DNA from: Malacoraja senta
Taxonomy: Eukaryota
Direction: 5' to 3'
Length of the DNA stretch: 64,000 nt
Assembly: GCA_038087875.1 (NCBI GenBank)
Contig: CM075994.1
Coordinates: forward strand, 1,862,001 to 1,926,000
Below the pieces are notes generated by a model, which saw only the letters and a program-made list of their open reading frames with translations, had not been told where the DNA came from and searched no databases. Shown piece after piece: positions 35,693 through 47,814 of the stretch. The position numbers were made by a program, and so were the translations under genes. How positions within the stretch are numbered: the stretch's first letter is position 1; each line of letters begins with the position of its first letter.

Positions 35693-38329
35693 AACGTACC
35701 CGCTACGTTCATTCTACGTGTTTACCACGAGTTTTGATTTTTTTTTAAACTCGGGAGAGCTCTTGGGTGAACTCGTACAGTGGGACAGGGCTTCACACCC
35801 GCTGAGTTTCTCCAGCATTTTTGTCTATCTTCGATTTTCCAGCATCTACAGTTCCTTCTTAGACGTTTTGTGGAGATGGCTGCATCTGCGGTTCCTTTCT
35901 GTTGGGGGGAGAGGGAGGGGGGTGGGAAGAGTCCTGGCCCGTGGCGGCTCCTGATAAGTGATATGTTCCCTCCGCTGAGTTCCTCCAGCACTCTGTGTTT
36001 TTTGTTTGGCTCTGAAGTTGAAGGTGGACCCCCCTGTGTCTACCTTCAACTCCCTGTCTGTGGTGACTCAGCGGGACGGGCAGGGTCTCTGGGGAGAGGG
36101 TTGCGGTTCTGGTCGAGATCCTTCTTCAGACAATCACAAGTACTCTCACCGACGATAGTTCAGTTCAGTCTGAAGGAGGAGCTTACTCCATATGTCAGTG
36201 CGAGTAACCTCAATTGATCCCTTGTTCGCGCTGACACAAGAGTAAGCTCCACCGTCCGCTGTGATGTTATCCATCACCCGTTGACCACTCCGCTCTATGA
36301 TATTTGCTCTTGAGCTGGTCCCCTCACTGTTCACACGGAGAGCACTGCCAGAGGTGAGCGGGCCGGCAGAAGGCGCTGAGATGGCAGTCGGTTCCGCTGT
36401 CCGGTGATGGAGGCCGCTCGTAGGCGAGCTGCTTCCCTCCCCGGCCACAATGCAGTGGCGCCCGGAGCGCCGCGGCAGCAGTGAGTGAGTGTTACTGGCA
36501 TGAACCCGACCCTCTCCTTCTCAACGCTCCTTCCATCCTCGCAACTTTACCCCTGGCTAGACTCCCCACATGCTGTGAAAGGAACTCTCCCCCGAATTGT
36601 CATGTTACTCACGACACGTGACTCATTTATAATTATTTATTTATATTTCTACGAATTTTTTTCCCAATTGGGCCCCGCACCTCCTAAGGCCGGCCCTGCC
36701 CAGGACCCAACAGGGAGAAGATACAGAAGCTTGAAAGCACATTCCATCAGACTCAGGAACAACTTCCCTCTGTTATCAGGGGTTTGAATGATCTTTTCAT
36801 AACCTAGGATAATGTCCAATTCACCTCTACCCCACTGCGGACATTGGACTTTGTCTGTGGAGCTGTTGTGCTACAATGCTGAGAACTATTCTGCACTGTA
36901 TCATCCCATTTGTTCTGCCTATTGATTGTATTTATGTAATTATTTGATCTGATTGAATAGCATGCAAAACAAAGCTTTTCACTGCACCGTCGGTATATGT
37001 GACAATCATAAACCTAAACCAAAATCATTTTTATAGATTGCACCATAGAAAGCATTCTATCCGGATGTATCATAGCTTGGTATGGTGACTTGAAACATTG
37101 ACAAGTCCTTTCCATCCACAGCTGCTGCAAGACCTGTTGAGCTCTTCCAGCAGTTTGCATTTGGAACATCGAACAGTATAAGCAGTTGTGCAATGGCATG
37201 ATAGCTGTTTTGCTGATAAATCTCACATTCTAGAAAATCGTGTTATAAAATAAATTGTGCCAGTGGGAGAAAGGGGGTTAGAGAGTCTCTGACTAGCAAT
37301 AACTGTTATTCTTCCTGCACGATTTTCAAAAATAAAAGCAATAGCTTATTTTTTATTATTGCAAGCTACAAATAAAGACTATATGTTATGCTGTTCAACA
37401 GAGAATTATTACACAAGTGCTACCAATGAAAAAGATAGATGAACTCTGATTCATTCAATATGATGGTAGCCAAATTTAGTGCTTAACAGTGAACAGAATC
37501 AATTTCCTCTTAAACCTACTAATTATATTGGACATTAGCAGGTGCACACTACATGAGGAAGGAGCAGAGCTATTAGTGATGAATCTAGACTTCTGGTTTC
37601 TGCACATATAGTGATATTACTTCGATGTTTGTGGTGGACAGGTTCCTCAACATAGTTGGCATTGACAAGCCTGACTTCCAATTAGGATACAGGCATAGGC
37701 TCAGAAACAGTCAGGCCTACAGGGCTCCGATCTCAGATAGGGGTGTGGATGATGCAATGCATTCAATCAGTCACACTCAAGTACAATAGATATAGCAAAT
37801 GGGGGAAGATACAGAGTGCAGAATATTTCTCAGCATTGTAGTGCATCAGTTCCTTACACAAAGTCCAATATCCTTAATGGGGTAAAAAAAAAGGTGAATC
37901 AAACAGTAACCTAGCTTATGTTCAGAAGCAAGGACGATTGATTCCAAAAACTAACTGTGGCCGAACAGTGGAGAATGTGGCAAGGCGTAAGGTTACTGAT
38001 GCCAGTGTTGTGCCTTTCTGTTGCAGGTGATGGCCCCATAGTATCTCATACATGCCCAGTTCTGGGCTGAGGGATCTGTTCTAGATCAGTCGTTCTCAGC
38101 ATAATTTTAGTCCCACACAAACCAGAATGTGATCTTAGTCTTTAGTCATTTCTATCAGAGGCACATCGGACACAGGTAGACTGGCGAGAGTGATGTCAAG
38201 TAGGTTTATCCCTCTAGTAGGTAGATTTCTTAATTACCTGCCACAGACCCAATTAAAAAACGTTGTCCTTTTGCACTGTTAGCTTGGCTATCTTGGTAAT
38301 GGATAAAGAACCATCTACAGACCGGCCCA

Positions 38330-38770
38330 GACCTTCACACAACCTCCATTCCATTTACACCTCACGCTGCCTCAACAAAGCCATCAGCATAATCAAGGAT
38401 GAGTCACACGCCAGTCACTCTCTCTTCTCCCCTCTCCCATCAAGCAAAAGGTATAAACGTGTGAAAACGTTCACCTCCAGATTCAGGGAGTTTCTTCGCA
38501 GCTGTTATCAGGCAACTGAAACATTCTATCACCAATTAAAAAGTGGACCTGAACTAATGTCTATCTCATTGAAGACTATCGGACTATCTTTAATCAGACT
38601 TTACTGGATTTTATGTTGCACTAAACATTATTCCCGATGTCATGTATCCCGTACACTGTGGATGGCTCAACTATAATCATGCATTGTCATTCCACTGACT
38701 GGTCAGCATACAACAAAAGCTTTTCACTGTACATGTGACAATGAACTAAACTGAAGTAAACTAAACTAAA
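38330..38770 (+). mobile_element. Rex1/Babar-like 3' fragment
   Basis: LHSIYTSRCLNKAISIIKDESHASHSLFSPLPSSKRY; tail ends (aaact)n. Confidence 0.7.
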
Positions 38771-39054
38771 GATGTCCCACCCAGAGTACAATCGCTGGTC
38801 TTGCTACTTTCAGTGCTTCTTCCAAATATCATCCAGTATGTAGGAGTAGGGCTTTGTCAGTTGAAGATGGACATCCGGTAGTAATCCATGCAGAAGTAAT
38901 GAATGTTGCTGCTGTCTAGCTGACACAGGGAACAATTAAGTATTGCTGTGACAGTTGCATGACAAGCTTCCAGCCAATGAAATAGAATTCTCAAAGAAAC
39001 TCAAGGAAGTAAAACTCAGAGTAACTCAGTGAGTCAGGCAGCATTTGTGGAGAA

Positions 39055-40395
39055 CATCCATTTGGAAAGTGGTGAAATCATTGGACAAAGTCAGCATGGA
39101 TTTACGAAAGGTAAATCATGTCTGACGAATCTAATAGAAATTTTCGAGGATGTAACTAGTAGAGTGGATAAGGGAGAACCAGTGGATGTGGTATATCTGG
39201 ACTTTCAGAAGACTTTCGACAAGGTCCCACATAAGAGATTAGTATACAAGCTTAAAGCACACGGTATTGGGGGTTCAGTATTGATGTGGATAGAGAACTG
39301 GCTGGCAAACAGGAAGCAAAGAGTAGGAGTAAACGGGTCCTTTTCAGAATGGCAGGCAGTGACTAGTGGGGTACCGCAAGGCTCAGTGCTGGGACCCCAG
39401 CTATTTACAATATATATTAATGATTTGGACGAGGGAATTGAATGCAACATCTCCAAGTTTGCGGATGACACGAAGCTGGGGGCCAGTGTTAGCTGTGAGG
39501 AGGATGCTAGGAGGCTGTAAGGTGACTTAGATAGGCTGGGTGAGTGGGCAAATGCATGGGAGATGCAGCATAATGTGGATAAATGTGAGGTTATCCACTT
39601 TGGAGGCAAAAACAGGAAAGTAGACTATTATCTAAATGGTGGCCGATTAGGAAAAGGGGAGATGCAACGAGACCTGGGTGTCATGGTACACCAGTCATTG
39701 AAAGTAGGCATGCAGGTGCAGCAGGCAGTGAAGAAAGCAAATGGTATGTTAGCATTCATAGCAAAAGGATTTGAGTATTGGAGCGGGGAGGTTCTACTGC
39801 AGTTGTACAGGGTCTTGGTGAGACCACACCTGGAGTATTGCGTACAGTTTTGGTCTCCAAATCTGAGGAAAGACATTCTTGCCATAGAGGGAGTACAGAG
39901 AAGGTTCACCAGACTGATTCCTGGGATGTGAGGACTTTCATATGAAGAAAGACTGGATAGATTCGGCTTGTACTCGCTAGAATTTAGAAGATTGAGGGGG
40001 GATCTTATAGAAACTTACAAAATTCTTAAGGGGTTGGACAGGCTAGATGCAGGAAGATTGTTCGCGATGTTGCGGAAGTCCAGGACAAGGGGTCACAGTT
40101 TAAGGATAAAGGGGAAATCCTTTAGGACCGAGATGAGAAAAACATTTTTCACACAGAGAGTGGTGAATCTCTGGAATTCTCTGCCACAGAAGGTAGTTGA
40201 GGCCAGTTCATTGGCTATATTTAAGAGGGAGTTAGATGTGGCCCTTGTGGCTAAAGGGATCGGGGGGTATGGAGAGAAGGCAGGTACAGGATACTGAGTT
40301 GGATGATCAGCCATGATCATATTGAATGGCGGTGCAGGCTCGAAGGCCCGAATGGCCTACTCCTGCACCTATTTTCTATGTTTCTATGTTTCTAT
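39055..40395 (+). mobile_element. 5'-truncated CR1 ORF2 with in-frame stops
   Basis: [38 protein letters not shown]; (TTTCTATG)n tail. Confidence 0.95.
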
Positions 40396-40674
40396 GACCC
40401 GCTGAATTCCTCCAGCGCTTTGTGTTTTACTCAAGATTCCAGCATCTGCAGTTTCTTGGGAAGTGTTCAATTTTCCATGATTTGTTGGGTCCCATGCAGT
40501 GGTACTGTTGCACACTCATAGTGATCTGAGCTGCAGTCTTCCCCAATGGTCTTCAATCAGCACGTCAACATTCTCATACTCCATAGGGAAGAGAAACAGA
40601 TGTGCTCAGCTGAGCAGTCCAGAGACCCAACCATCAGATCATTCAGGAGCGATAATCACAGATGGAGGTCATTG

Positions 40675-41185
40675 TCATAGTCATACAGCATGAAATCGGG
40701 CCAATCAGCTCAACCTGCCCCCACCAACCAGCATGTTCCATCTACACTAGTCCCACTTGCCAGCATTTAGCCCTTATCCGTCTAAACCTGTCCTATCCAT
40801 GTACAGTACCTGTCTAAATGGTTCTTAAACGTTGCAATAGTGCCTACCTCAATTACCTCTGGCAGCTTGTTCCATACACTCACCGCCATTTGTGTGAAAA
40901 AGTTACCCCTTAGGTTCCTCTCAAATCTTTCCACCTTCACCGTAAACCTATGCCCTCTGGTTCTTGCCCTACTCTGGGCAAGAGACTCTGTGCGTCTACC
41001 TGATCTATTCCTCGCATGATTTTGTACACCTCTATAAGATCACCCCTCATCCTCAGGCGCTCCAGGGAATAGACTCCCAGCCTGCTCAACCTCTCCCAAC
41101 AGCTCAGACCGTCGAGTCCTGGCAACATCCTTGTAAATCATCTCTGTACCCTTTCCAACTTAACAACATCTTTGCTATAACATGG
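40675..41185 (-). mobile_element. CR1 3' fragment
   Basis: MLPGLDGLSCWERLSRLGVYSLERLRMRGDLIEVYKIMRGID. Confidence 0.85.
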
Positions 41186-42099
41186 TAAAGTCTAAAATGA
41201 TGGGAAATTGTGAGCTGTCCACCACACAAATTCACACACATTGTGTAAAGTTCTAACAATCAACATACTGTGATATACAGTAAATGGCCACGATGTCAAG
41301 GAGGGTGAGAATGCTTCTAAGAACCACTGGTGACAAAAAATGCATAACTACTTTAACAGAGATACAGGGCAAAAACAGGGATGACCCGATACTACCATCT
41401 GGAGGCTTCATTTAGTACCATTTACTAATTAAGGAGGTCTAGTTATATATTTGTACTGATGGAAATCTCTCTCCCTTACATCGTGGGTAACTTCTGTTTA
41501 GGCCAGAGTAATCCTGGTTTGAAAATTTGTAGGCAATAATCTTATTGATTCACAAGTATTTTAGAATTACATAGACAATGAAATATAGCAAAAAAAGACA
41601 CAAAGTTCTGGAGTAACTCAGCAGATCAGGCAGCATCTCTGGAGAACAGATAGGTGACGTTTTGGGTCGGGACCCTTCTTCAGACTCAACTTGATTAACT
41701 CAAGACACAGAACTACAGACGGCAGCCAAGAAAATCTTTGGCAGAATGCAGCAGTTTTGTATAGTAGCTGAACATACTGTTAAACTTAAGCATATGATGC
41801 ACATGTTCAGACATGTGCAATGACACCAATCACAATGCGATAATCTTTTTGACATCATGAACATAATGTTCGTTTGAACATGCATGGCCTGCAGGTGGCG
41901 TGGATCATATAGAAGCAACTCTTTGGAAGATGTGAGGCCTGCTTTTATGCTACATGAAGCAGATCATCCAGCTGGGCCTCGGGTGCAGAGCATGGCTCAA
42001 CCTTTAAAATGTTTATCTTGCCTTTTTGCCCACATGCCACCTCCCCCAGGTCACGGCTTATGTAAGGTCAATGCTTCAAAAGGTGTTGGGAAGGGGGAA

Positions 42100-42730
42100 G
42101 GAAGGAAGCACACCAATGCCTCTACTTCCTTAGAAGTCTTAGAAAGTTTGGCATGTCCACAAAAAGCCTCACCAACTTATACAGATGCGCCATAGAAGGT
42201 ATTTTATCAGGTTACATGACTGCATCGTTTGGAAACAGCTATATCCAAGACCGCTTAAAATTGCAGAGTTGTGGTTGTAGCTTAGACCATCACACAAACC
42301 AGTCTCCCTTCCATTGACTCTATCTACACTTGACGTTGCCACGGCAAGGCCACCAGCATAATCAAGGACCACACTCTCTTCTCCCCTTTCCCATCAGGCA
42401 AGAGGGACAGAAGTTTGAAAATGCATATCTCCAGATTCAGGAACAGTTTCTTCCCAACTGTTATTAGGCAACTAAACCATCCTCTCACCCGCTAGTGTGG
42501 TCCTGACCTCCCATCTATCTAATTGGAGACCTTTGAACTATCTGTAATCGGACTTTATTGGATGTTATCTCACAAAAAACGTTTTACCCTTTATCCTGTA
42601 CCTGTACACTGTGGATGGCTTGATTGTAATCATAGATCATCTTTCCGTGGACTTGATAGCACACATCAAACAGCTTTTCATTGTACCACTGTAATCCGAG
42701 GTACAGTGTCACTATAACCTAACAATAATA
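42100..42730 (+). mobile_element. Rex1/Babar-like 3' fragment
   Basis: Collinear with 32545-32830 and 38330-38770. Confidence 0.7.
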
Positions 42731-43718
42731 AATTAAACTATCCTAAATTAAAGGAAATTGTGATCTAATGGATTGGATTGGAGGGTCACACTTAAGTATT
42801 CCGTGAAGAAAATTGGGATCTCATGGTTTGGATTGGGTTAGTGGAGGGAAGGGGATAGATCGACTGCCAGAGGTTTTGTATTCATGATCGGTTACAGGAA
42901 GGGTTGTCAGAGCCAGCATCAGGTCAGGATCTGGTGTGTATTTATGTATGTATGTATGTGTGTATATATTTAACAAGAGCTGTGTGCCCAGAGGGGGCCA
43001 CGCATCAGACTCCATGGCTGAGGACCTGCATTGCTAGTAGTGATTCGACCATCCTGGCAACCAATATATAATGTATTCACAATGTAACAGGATGCAGAAT
43101 ACTCCACTGGTGGCATATGCATCCGAAATGTAAGCGGACAATTAGTATTAGAACTTAATTTAAACTGAAGTGGATGATCTACGTATACATTTGCAACATG
43201 ATGTTTCTTGCTCTATTAAACAAAAGGGAAAGAACATTTCAGTATGATGTTCTAAACGGGATATAATGAATGTGCCATTTTTGTTCACATTTAGCTTTTA
43301 TACAGCATGGTTGTTAAATCAGTGTGGTTCGATGCTCTTTGTGACAAACTATTCACTCTACTGAGATATAATGCGCAAACTGTTGTTGTAAAATCCACCA
43401 TAACCTTGGGTTTTTGTGTTTCGTTGCTACTACTACACACTATTAGCAAACAGAAAGGTAGCCTCCTGTCACCATCTCCAAGGCCCTCTCTAATGCCATT
43501 GTGCACGATTGCTTTTCAGCTGTTAAGTATTACTAATTTGGTTCACAAACAAAGTCTAATTGAACATGGATTGCAAGTAAATTTAAACAGGAGAGTGTCT
43601 CTCTATGTAAACAGAAATTTCCATGGCTACTTTCCTTAGAGATTTATCATCTTTCTTACTCACTAGGAAGGAACTGCAGATGTGTTAAAGAAGGAACTGC
43701 AGATGCTGGAAAATCGAA

Positions 43719-43869
43719 GGTACACAAAAATGCTGGAGAAACTCAGCGGGTGCAGCAGCATCTATGGAGCGAAGGAAATAGGCAACGTTTCGGCCCGAAA
43801 CGTTGCCTATTTCCTTCGCTCCATAGATGCTGCAGCACCCGCTGAGTTTCTCCAGCATTTTTGTGTACC
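43719..43869. repeat. Near-perfect 151-nt palindrome (Penelope-terminus-derived)
   Basis: 75-bp arms 43719-43793 and 43795-43869, 74/75 complementary, 1-nt spacer. Confidence 0.95.
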
Positions 43870-44240
43870 AAGGAACTGCAGATGTTGGTTTACACCAACA
43901 ATAGGCACAAAATGCTGGAGTAACTCAGCAGGTCAGGTAGCATCTCTGGAGAAAAGGAATTCTGAAGAAGGGTCTCAACCCGAAACGACACCTATTCCTT
44001 TTCTTCAGAGATGCTGCCTGACCCGCTGAGTTACTCCAGCATTTTGTGTTTTACTCGCCCTTATATTTGCTCATTCCCTATTTATAATTAATTTTTGTGG
44101 AGGGTACAGGTGCCGCTGGCAAGTGATTTATCCCTCACTGATCTTGAGATGTTGCTGGTAGGAATTCTTGATTGATTGATTGAATACTTTATTGTCACAT
44201 GTGACAAGTCACAGTGAAATTCTTTGCTTGCATACCCAAG

Positions 44241-45284
44241 TAGGTATGTTACAAAACTTACCTTCAGCGGCGCTGCAGTTCTGTCACTGCCCGTGTGCGC
44301 GACTTTGGCGCCTTTGAGAGGGGGGCGGGTTTAAAATGCGATATTTCGGCAGCCTGTTCTAAACGATCTTGAACAGGCTAAATAGTTGATGAAGAAAAAT
44401 CGCTTCGACTGCCGTTTTATTAAGTTTATTAAAATGAGCGCTTTATAATTTAATTGTTGGAGTAAAATTAAAATCATCTTCAAATGCTGTCAACGCCGAC
44501 AACGGGACGGATTTCACGCACGGGACAAGGCAAGGTACACCGTTTATTTTTTCATATAAACTTGCTTCTTAGGATACCTTTAATAAAAATTTCAAGTTGT
44601 GAAAATGTGATTATTTAAATATACCAACCGGCAGTATTTTTCCTGCCGATATTGGGGTTTAATTCAGTGCAACCGCAGCGTTCCAAACCAGCGCGTTGCA
44701 CAAAATCCCACTCGCAAGATGATTTAAATGGCCATTAATTTACAGGAATTAAACACTAAATTCGTTCCATTTGGCCTATAAATTAATGACAATGAGATTT
44801 AAAAATAATGTTATATTGTGAATTCTTGTGTGAATGTTATTTGGACATTTAGGCTTTTTAAAAATGTTAACTTTTTCTTAAGAAATGGATAGATATTTAG
44901 ATCTAGTAATTGAATTTTGTAATTAGCTACAATTGGGTAACTAACTAATTATATGCTTTAATTTCAGGTCATCCAAGTAAGATTGTTTCATATTTGTTTC
45001 AGAATGCTTCAATCTATAATAACTGAAAATTTCATTAAGTTCTGTTAATTTTTAAGAAAGTTATGTGCTTTTGACTGTCCTTCATCACAGCTTTTGTGTT
45101 AAATCAATGGAAAAGCAATGGGGAACAAGATGTTAATTTCCGAGTATGGAAATGGCCATAACTTTTTAAATACTGAGGATATGAAAGTGAATTAGGTGTC
45201 AAATTAAAATTCATTTTATGCTTTATCTGATGGGATAAATTGCAGACTTGATTTTTTAAATCTCAAAATTTTGTAACATTGCTA
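44241..45284. mobile_element. Non-autonomous hAT-like DNA transposon (1044 bp)
   Basis: TIRs TAGGTATGTTACAAAA / TTTTGTAACATTGCTA; exact 8-bp TSD TACCCAAG at 44233-44240 and 45285-45292. Confidence 0.9.
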
Positions 45285-45351
45285 TACCCAAGGCATACAA
45301 TAGTCGCCACATAAAGGACACATACAAAGTTACATAGTATCCCACGCCATA

Positions 45352-46353
45352 TCATATAACCATATAACCATATAACCATTACAGCACAGAAACAGGCCAT
45401 ATCGGCCCTTCAAGTTCATGCCGACTAGTCCGTCCATACTTCCCCCTAGTCCCATCTACCTGCACTCAGACCATAACCCTCCATTCCTTTCCTGTATATA
45501 TATCCATCCAATCTATTTTTAAAGGATAAAATCGAACCTGCCTCCACCACTTCCACTGGAAGCTCATTCCACACAGCTACCACTCTCTGAGTAAAGAAGT
45601 TCCCCCTAATGTTACCCCTAAACTTCTGTCCCTTAATTCTCAAGTCATGTCCCCTTGTTTGAATCTTCCCTACTCTCAATGGGAAAAGCTTATCCACGTC
45701 AACTCTGTCTAACCCGCTCATAATTTTAAAGACCTCTATCAAGTCCCCTCTTAACCTTCTGCGCTCCAAAGAATAAAGACCTAACTTGTTCAACCTTTCT
45801 CGGTAACTTAATTGCTGAAACCCAGGCAACATTCTAGTAAATCTCCTCTGTATTCTCTCTATTTTGTTGACATCCTTCCTATAATTAGGCGACCAAAATT
45901 GTACTCCATACTCCAGAATTGGCCTCACCAATGCCTTGTACAATTTTAACATTACATCCCAACTTCTATACTCAATGCTCTGATTTATAAAGGCCAGCAC
46001 ACCAAAAGCTTTCTTTACCACCCTATCTACATGAGATTCCACCTTCAGGGAACTATGCACAGTTATTCCTAGATCCCTCTGTTCAACTGCATTCCTCAAT
46101 TCGCTACCATTTACCATGTACGTCCTATTTTGATTTGTCCTGCCGAGATGTAGCATCTCACATTTATCAGCATTAAACTCCATCTGCCATCTTTCAGCCC
46201 ACTCTTCCAAATGGCCTAAATCTCTCTGTAGACTTTGAAAATCTACTTCATTATCCACAACACCACCTATCTTAGTATCATCTGCATACTTACTAATCCA
46301 ATTTTCCACACCATCATCCACATCATTGATGTACATGACAAACAACAGTGGAC
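45352..46353 (-). mobile_element. Young 5'-truncated CR1 (open frame from GPLLF to the stop)
   Basis: ORF 45446-46384 is uninterrupted: YINDVD, YADDTKIGG, RPILEYGVQFWSP; (TTATATGG)n tail. Confidence 0.95.
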
Positions 46354-47814
46354 CCACTTTATTCTCTCTCCCCAGGTCCTCCATTGTTCTTCTTGCCCCC
46401 CCCCCTCATGGCGGGTCCTCCTTGTTCCTCCCCCTGGCAGCAGCATCCTCACTCTCACATGGCCCGTCCTCTCCACCCGCCGCAACGACCTCTTCACAAT
46501 CAGCGCCGGGTCCCCTCCTGATGCTTCCGTGGCTCTGACCCAGGCCCCAGCTGCGGGCTCCATCGACTCAGGGGCCGGCCACGGGCGCCGTTGACCGTGG
46601 GCTCCGTCAACTCGCAGGGCTCCAACTCCGACCCGCGAGGTTGCACTGACTCGCAGGGCTTGGGCTCCAGCCCGTAAAGGCTCCCGCCCGGCTTCTCCGC
46701 AGCCTTCTGTGAGGCATCTGCGTCATCTCATGAGGCTCCACCGCCACCGCCGAGGTTCCACCGCTGCCACCAAGGCTCCACTGCTCCAGGATGGCTTCAC
46801 CGCTCGGCTTCTGCGCGGCAACCTTGGAGGTCTAACTCTACGTGGCCAACAATTATGCTGTGAGCATCGTGGTGCAGGAAATCACAATGCCATGGCTGAA
46901 AGGAAGGCATGACTGGCCTTTCAACTTTTCTGGGGCATTACAGGAGTGATGGAACAGGAGGTGGCAATGAAATATTAATTACGAAGTGCATCACTGCAGT
47001 AATGAGGGAAGGTGCAGCACAGGAGCAGGTCCTTTGTCCCACAATGTCTGTCCTGAACATGATGCCAAGTTAAACTAATCTAAAGACTACTACAAAGCAG
47101 CCACATGGATTTCTTCCTCATATCTCCACAATTGTTGTCAAATATTTATCTAATTTCCTTTCGGAAACTAACACTGAATATATTTCCATCAGAGGTGGCG
47201 CAGTTCCAATCCTAACCCACCACTACATAAAAAGCACTTTCTCACAATACTTCACCTATTGGAAATATGGAACTGATGCACTACAAATTTGAGAACTATA
47301 TCCTGCAGTCTGTATCCTCCCCTTTGCTCTATCTATTATACTTGAGTTTAACCGATTGTTTCTACGTAAGGTATATCTGATCTGTTTGGATGGCATGCAA
47401 AACAAGGTTTTTCATACAACCTCGTTACATGTAATAATAATAAACCTATTATCTTCTTATTTATGCAACTGTAATCCCTTATACTGTATAAAAATATGGC
47501 AAAAAAATTTGAGGCAACCCAAATAATTGACATGAATTTTGTGGCTTGAAAAATATTCGGAGTCAATCTACTGTACTAGTCATCTATGTTTACTTAGGAA
47601 TTCCCTTCAGCATTAGCTTTATAGAGTCAGTTACTGTATACAGCATGGAGACAGACCTTCTGGCCAATTTATCCATGCTGACTAAGTTATCCACCTGACC
47701 TAGTCCCATCTGTCTGCGTTAGGCCCACATGAAGTCTTTTCTATACATGTACAAGTAAAAGACACTTGGACAGGTACCCAGATAAGAAAGGTTTGGAGGG
47801 TTAGGGTTCGTTGT

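Larger units (their letters stand above)
33663..35792. mobile_element. PIF/Harbinger-like MITE containing further insertions
   Basis: 35-bp TIRs (32/35 match, agccctgtNccactgtNcgagttcacNcaagagct); TCA on both sides (33660-33662, 35793-35795); splits a Penelope-derived palindrome. Confidence 0.85.
32838..36698. mobile_element. Non-autonomous hAT with nested elements and cargo
   Basis: TIRs CAGGGCCGGCCCTAGG / CCTAAGGCCGGCCCTG; exact 8-bp TSD CCCAGGAC at 32830-32837 and 36699-36706; subterminal gggccccgc repeats. Confidence 0.92.
32300..37015 (+). mobile_element. Rex1/Babar-like LINE 3' fragment (32300-32837 and 36707-37015) split by a hAT
   Basis: LNVSKTKELVVDFRK, FLGVNI, YRCTIESILTGCITAWF; collinear continuation after the 8-bp TSD. 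Confidence 0.8.

Noticed and set aside
43291..43330. Minus-strand peptide …NHTDLTTMLYKS* resembling the CGA C-terminus (NHTxCxCSTCYYHKS)
   Set aside because: Lacks all three cysteines and lies upstream of exon 1, so it cannot be the last exon; treated as chance.
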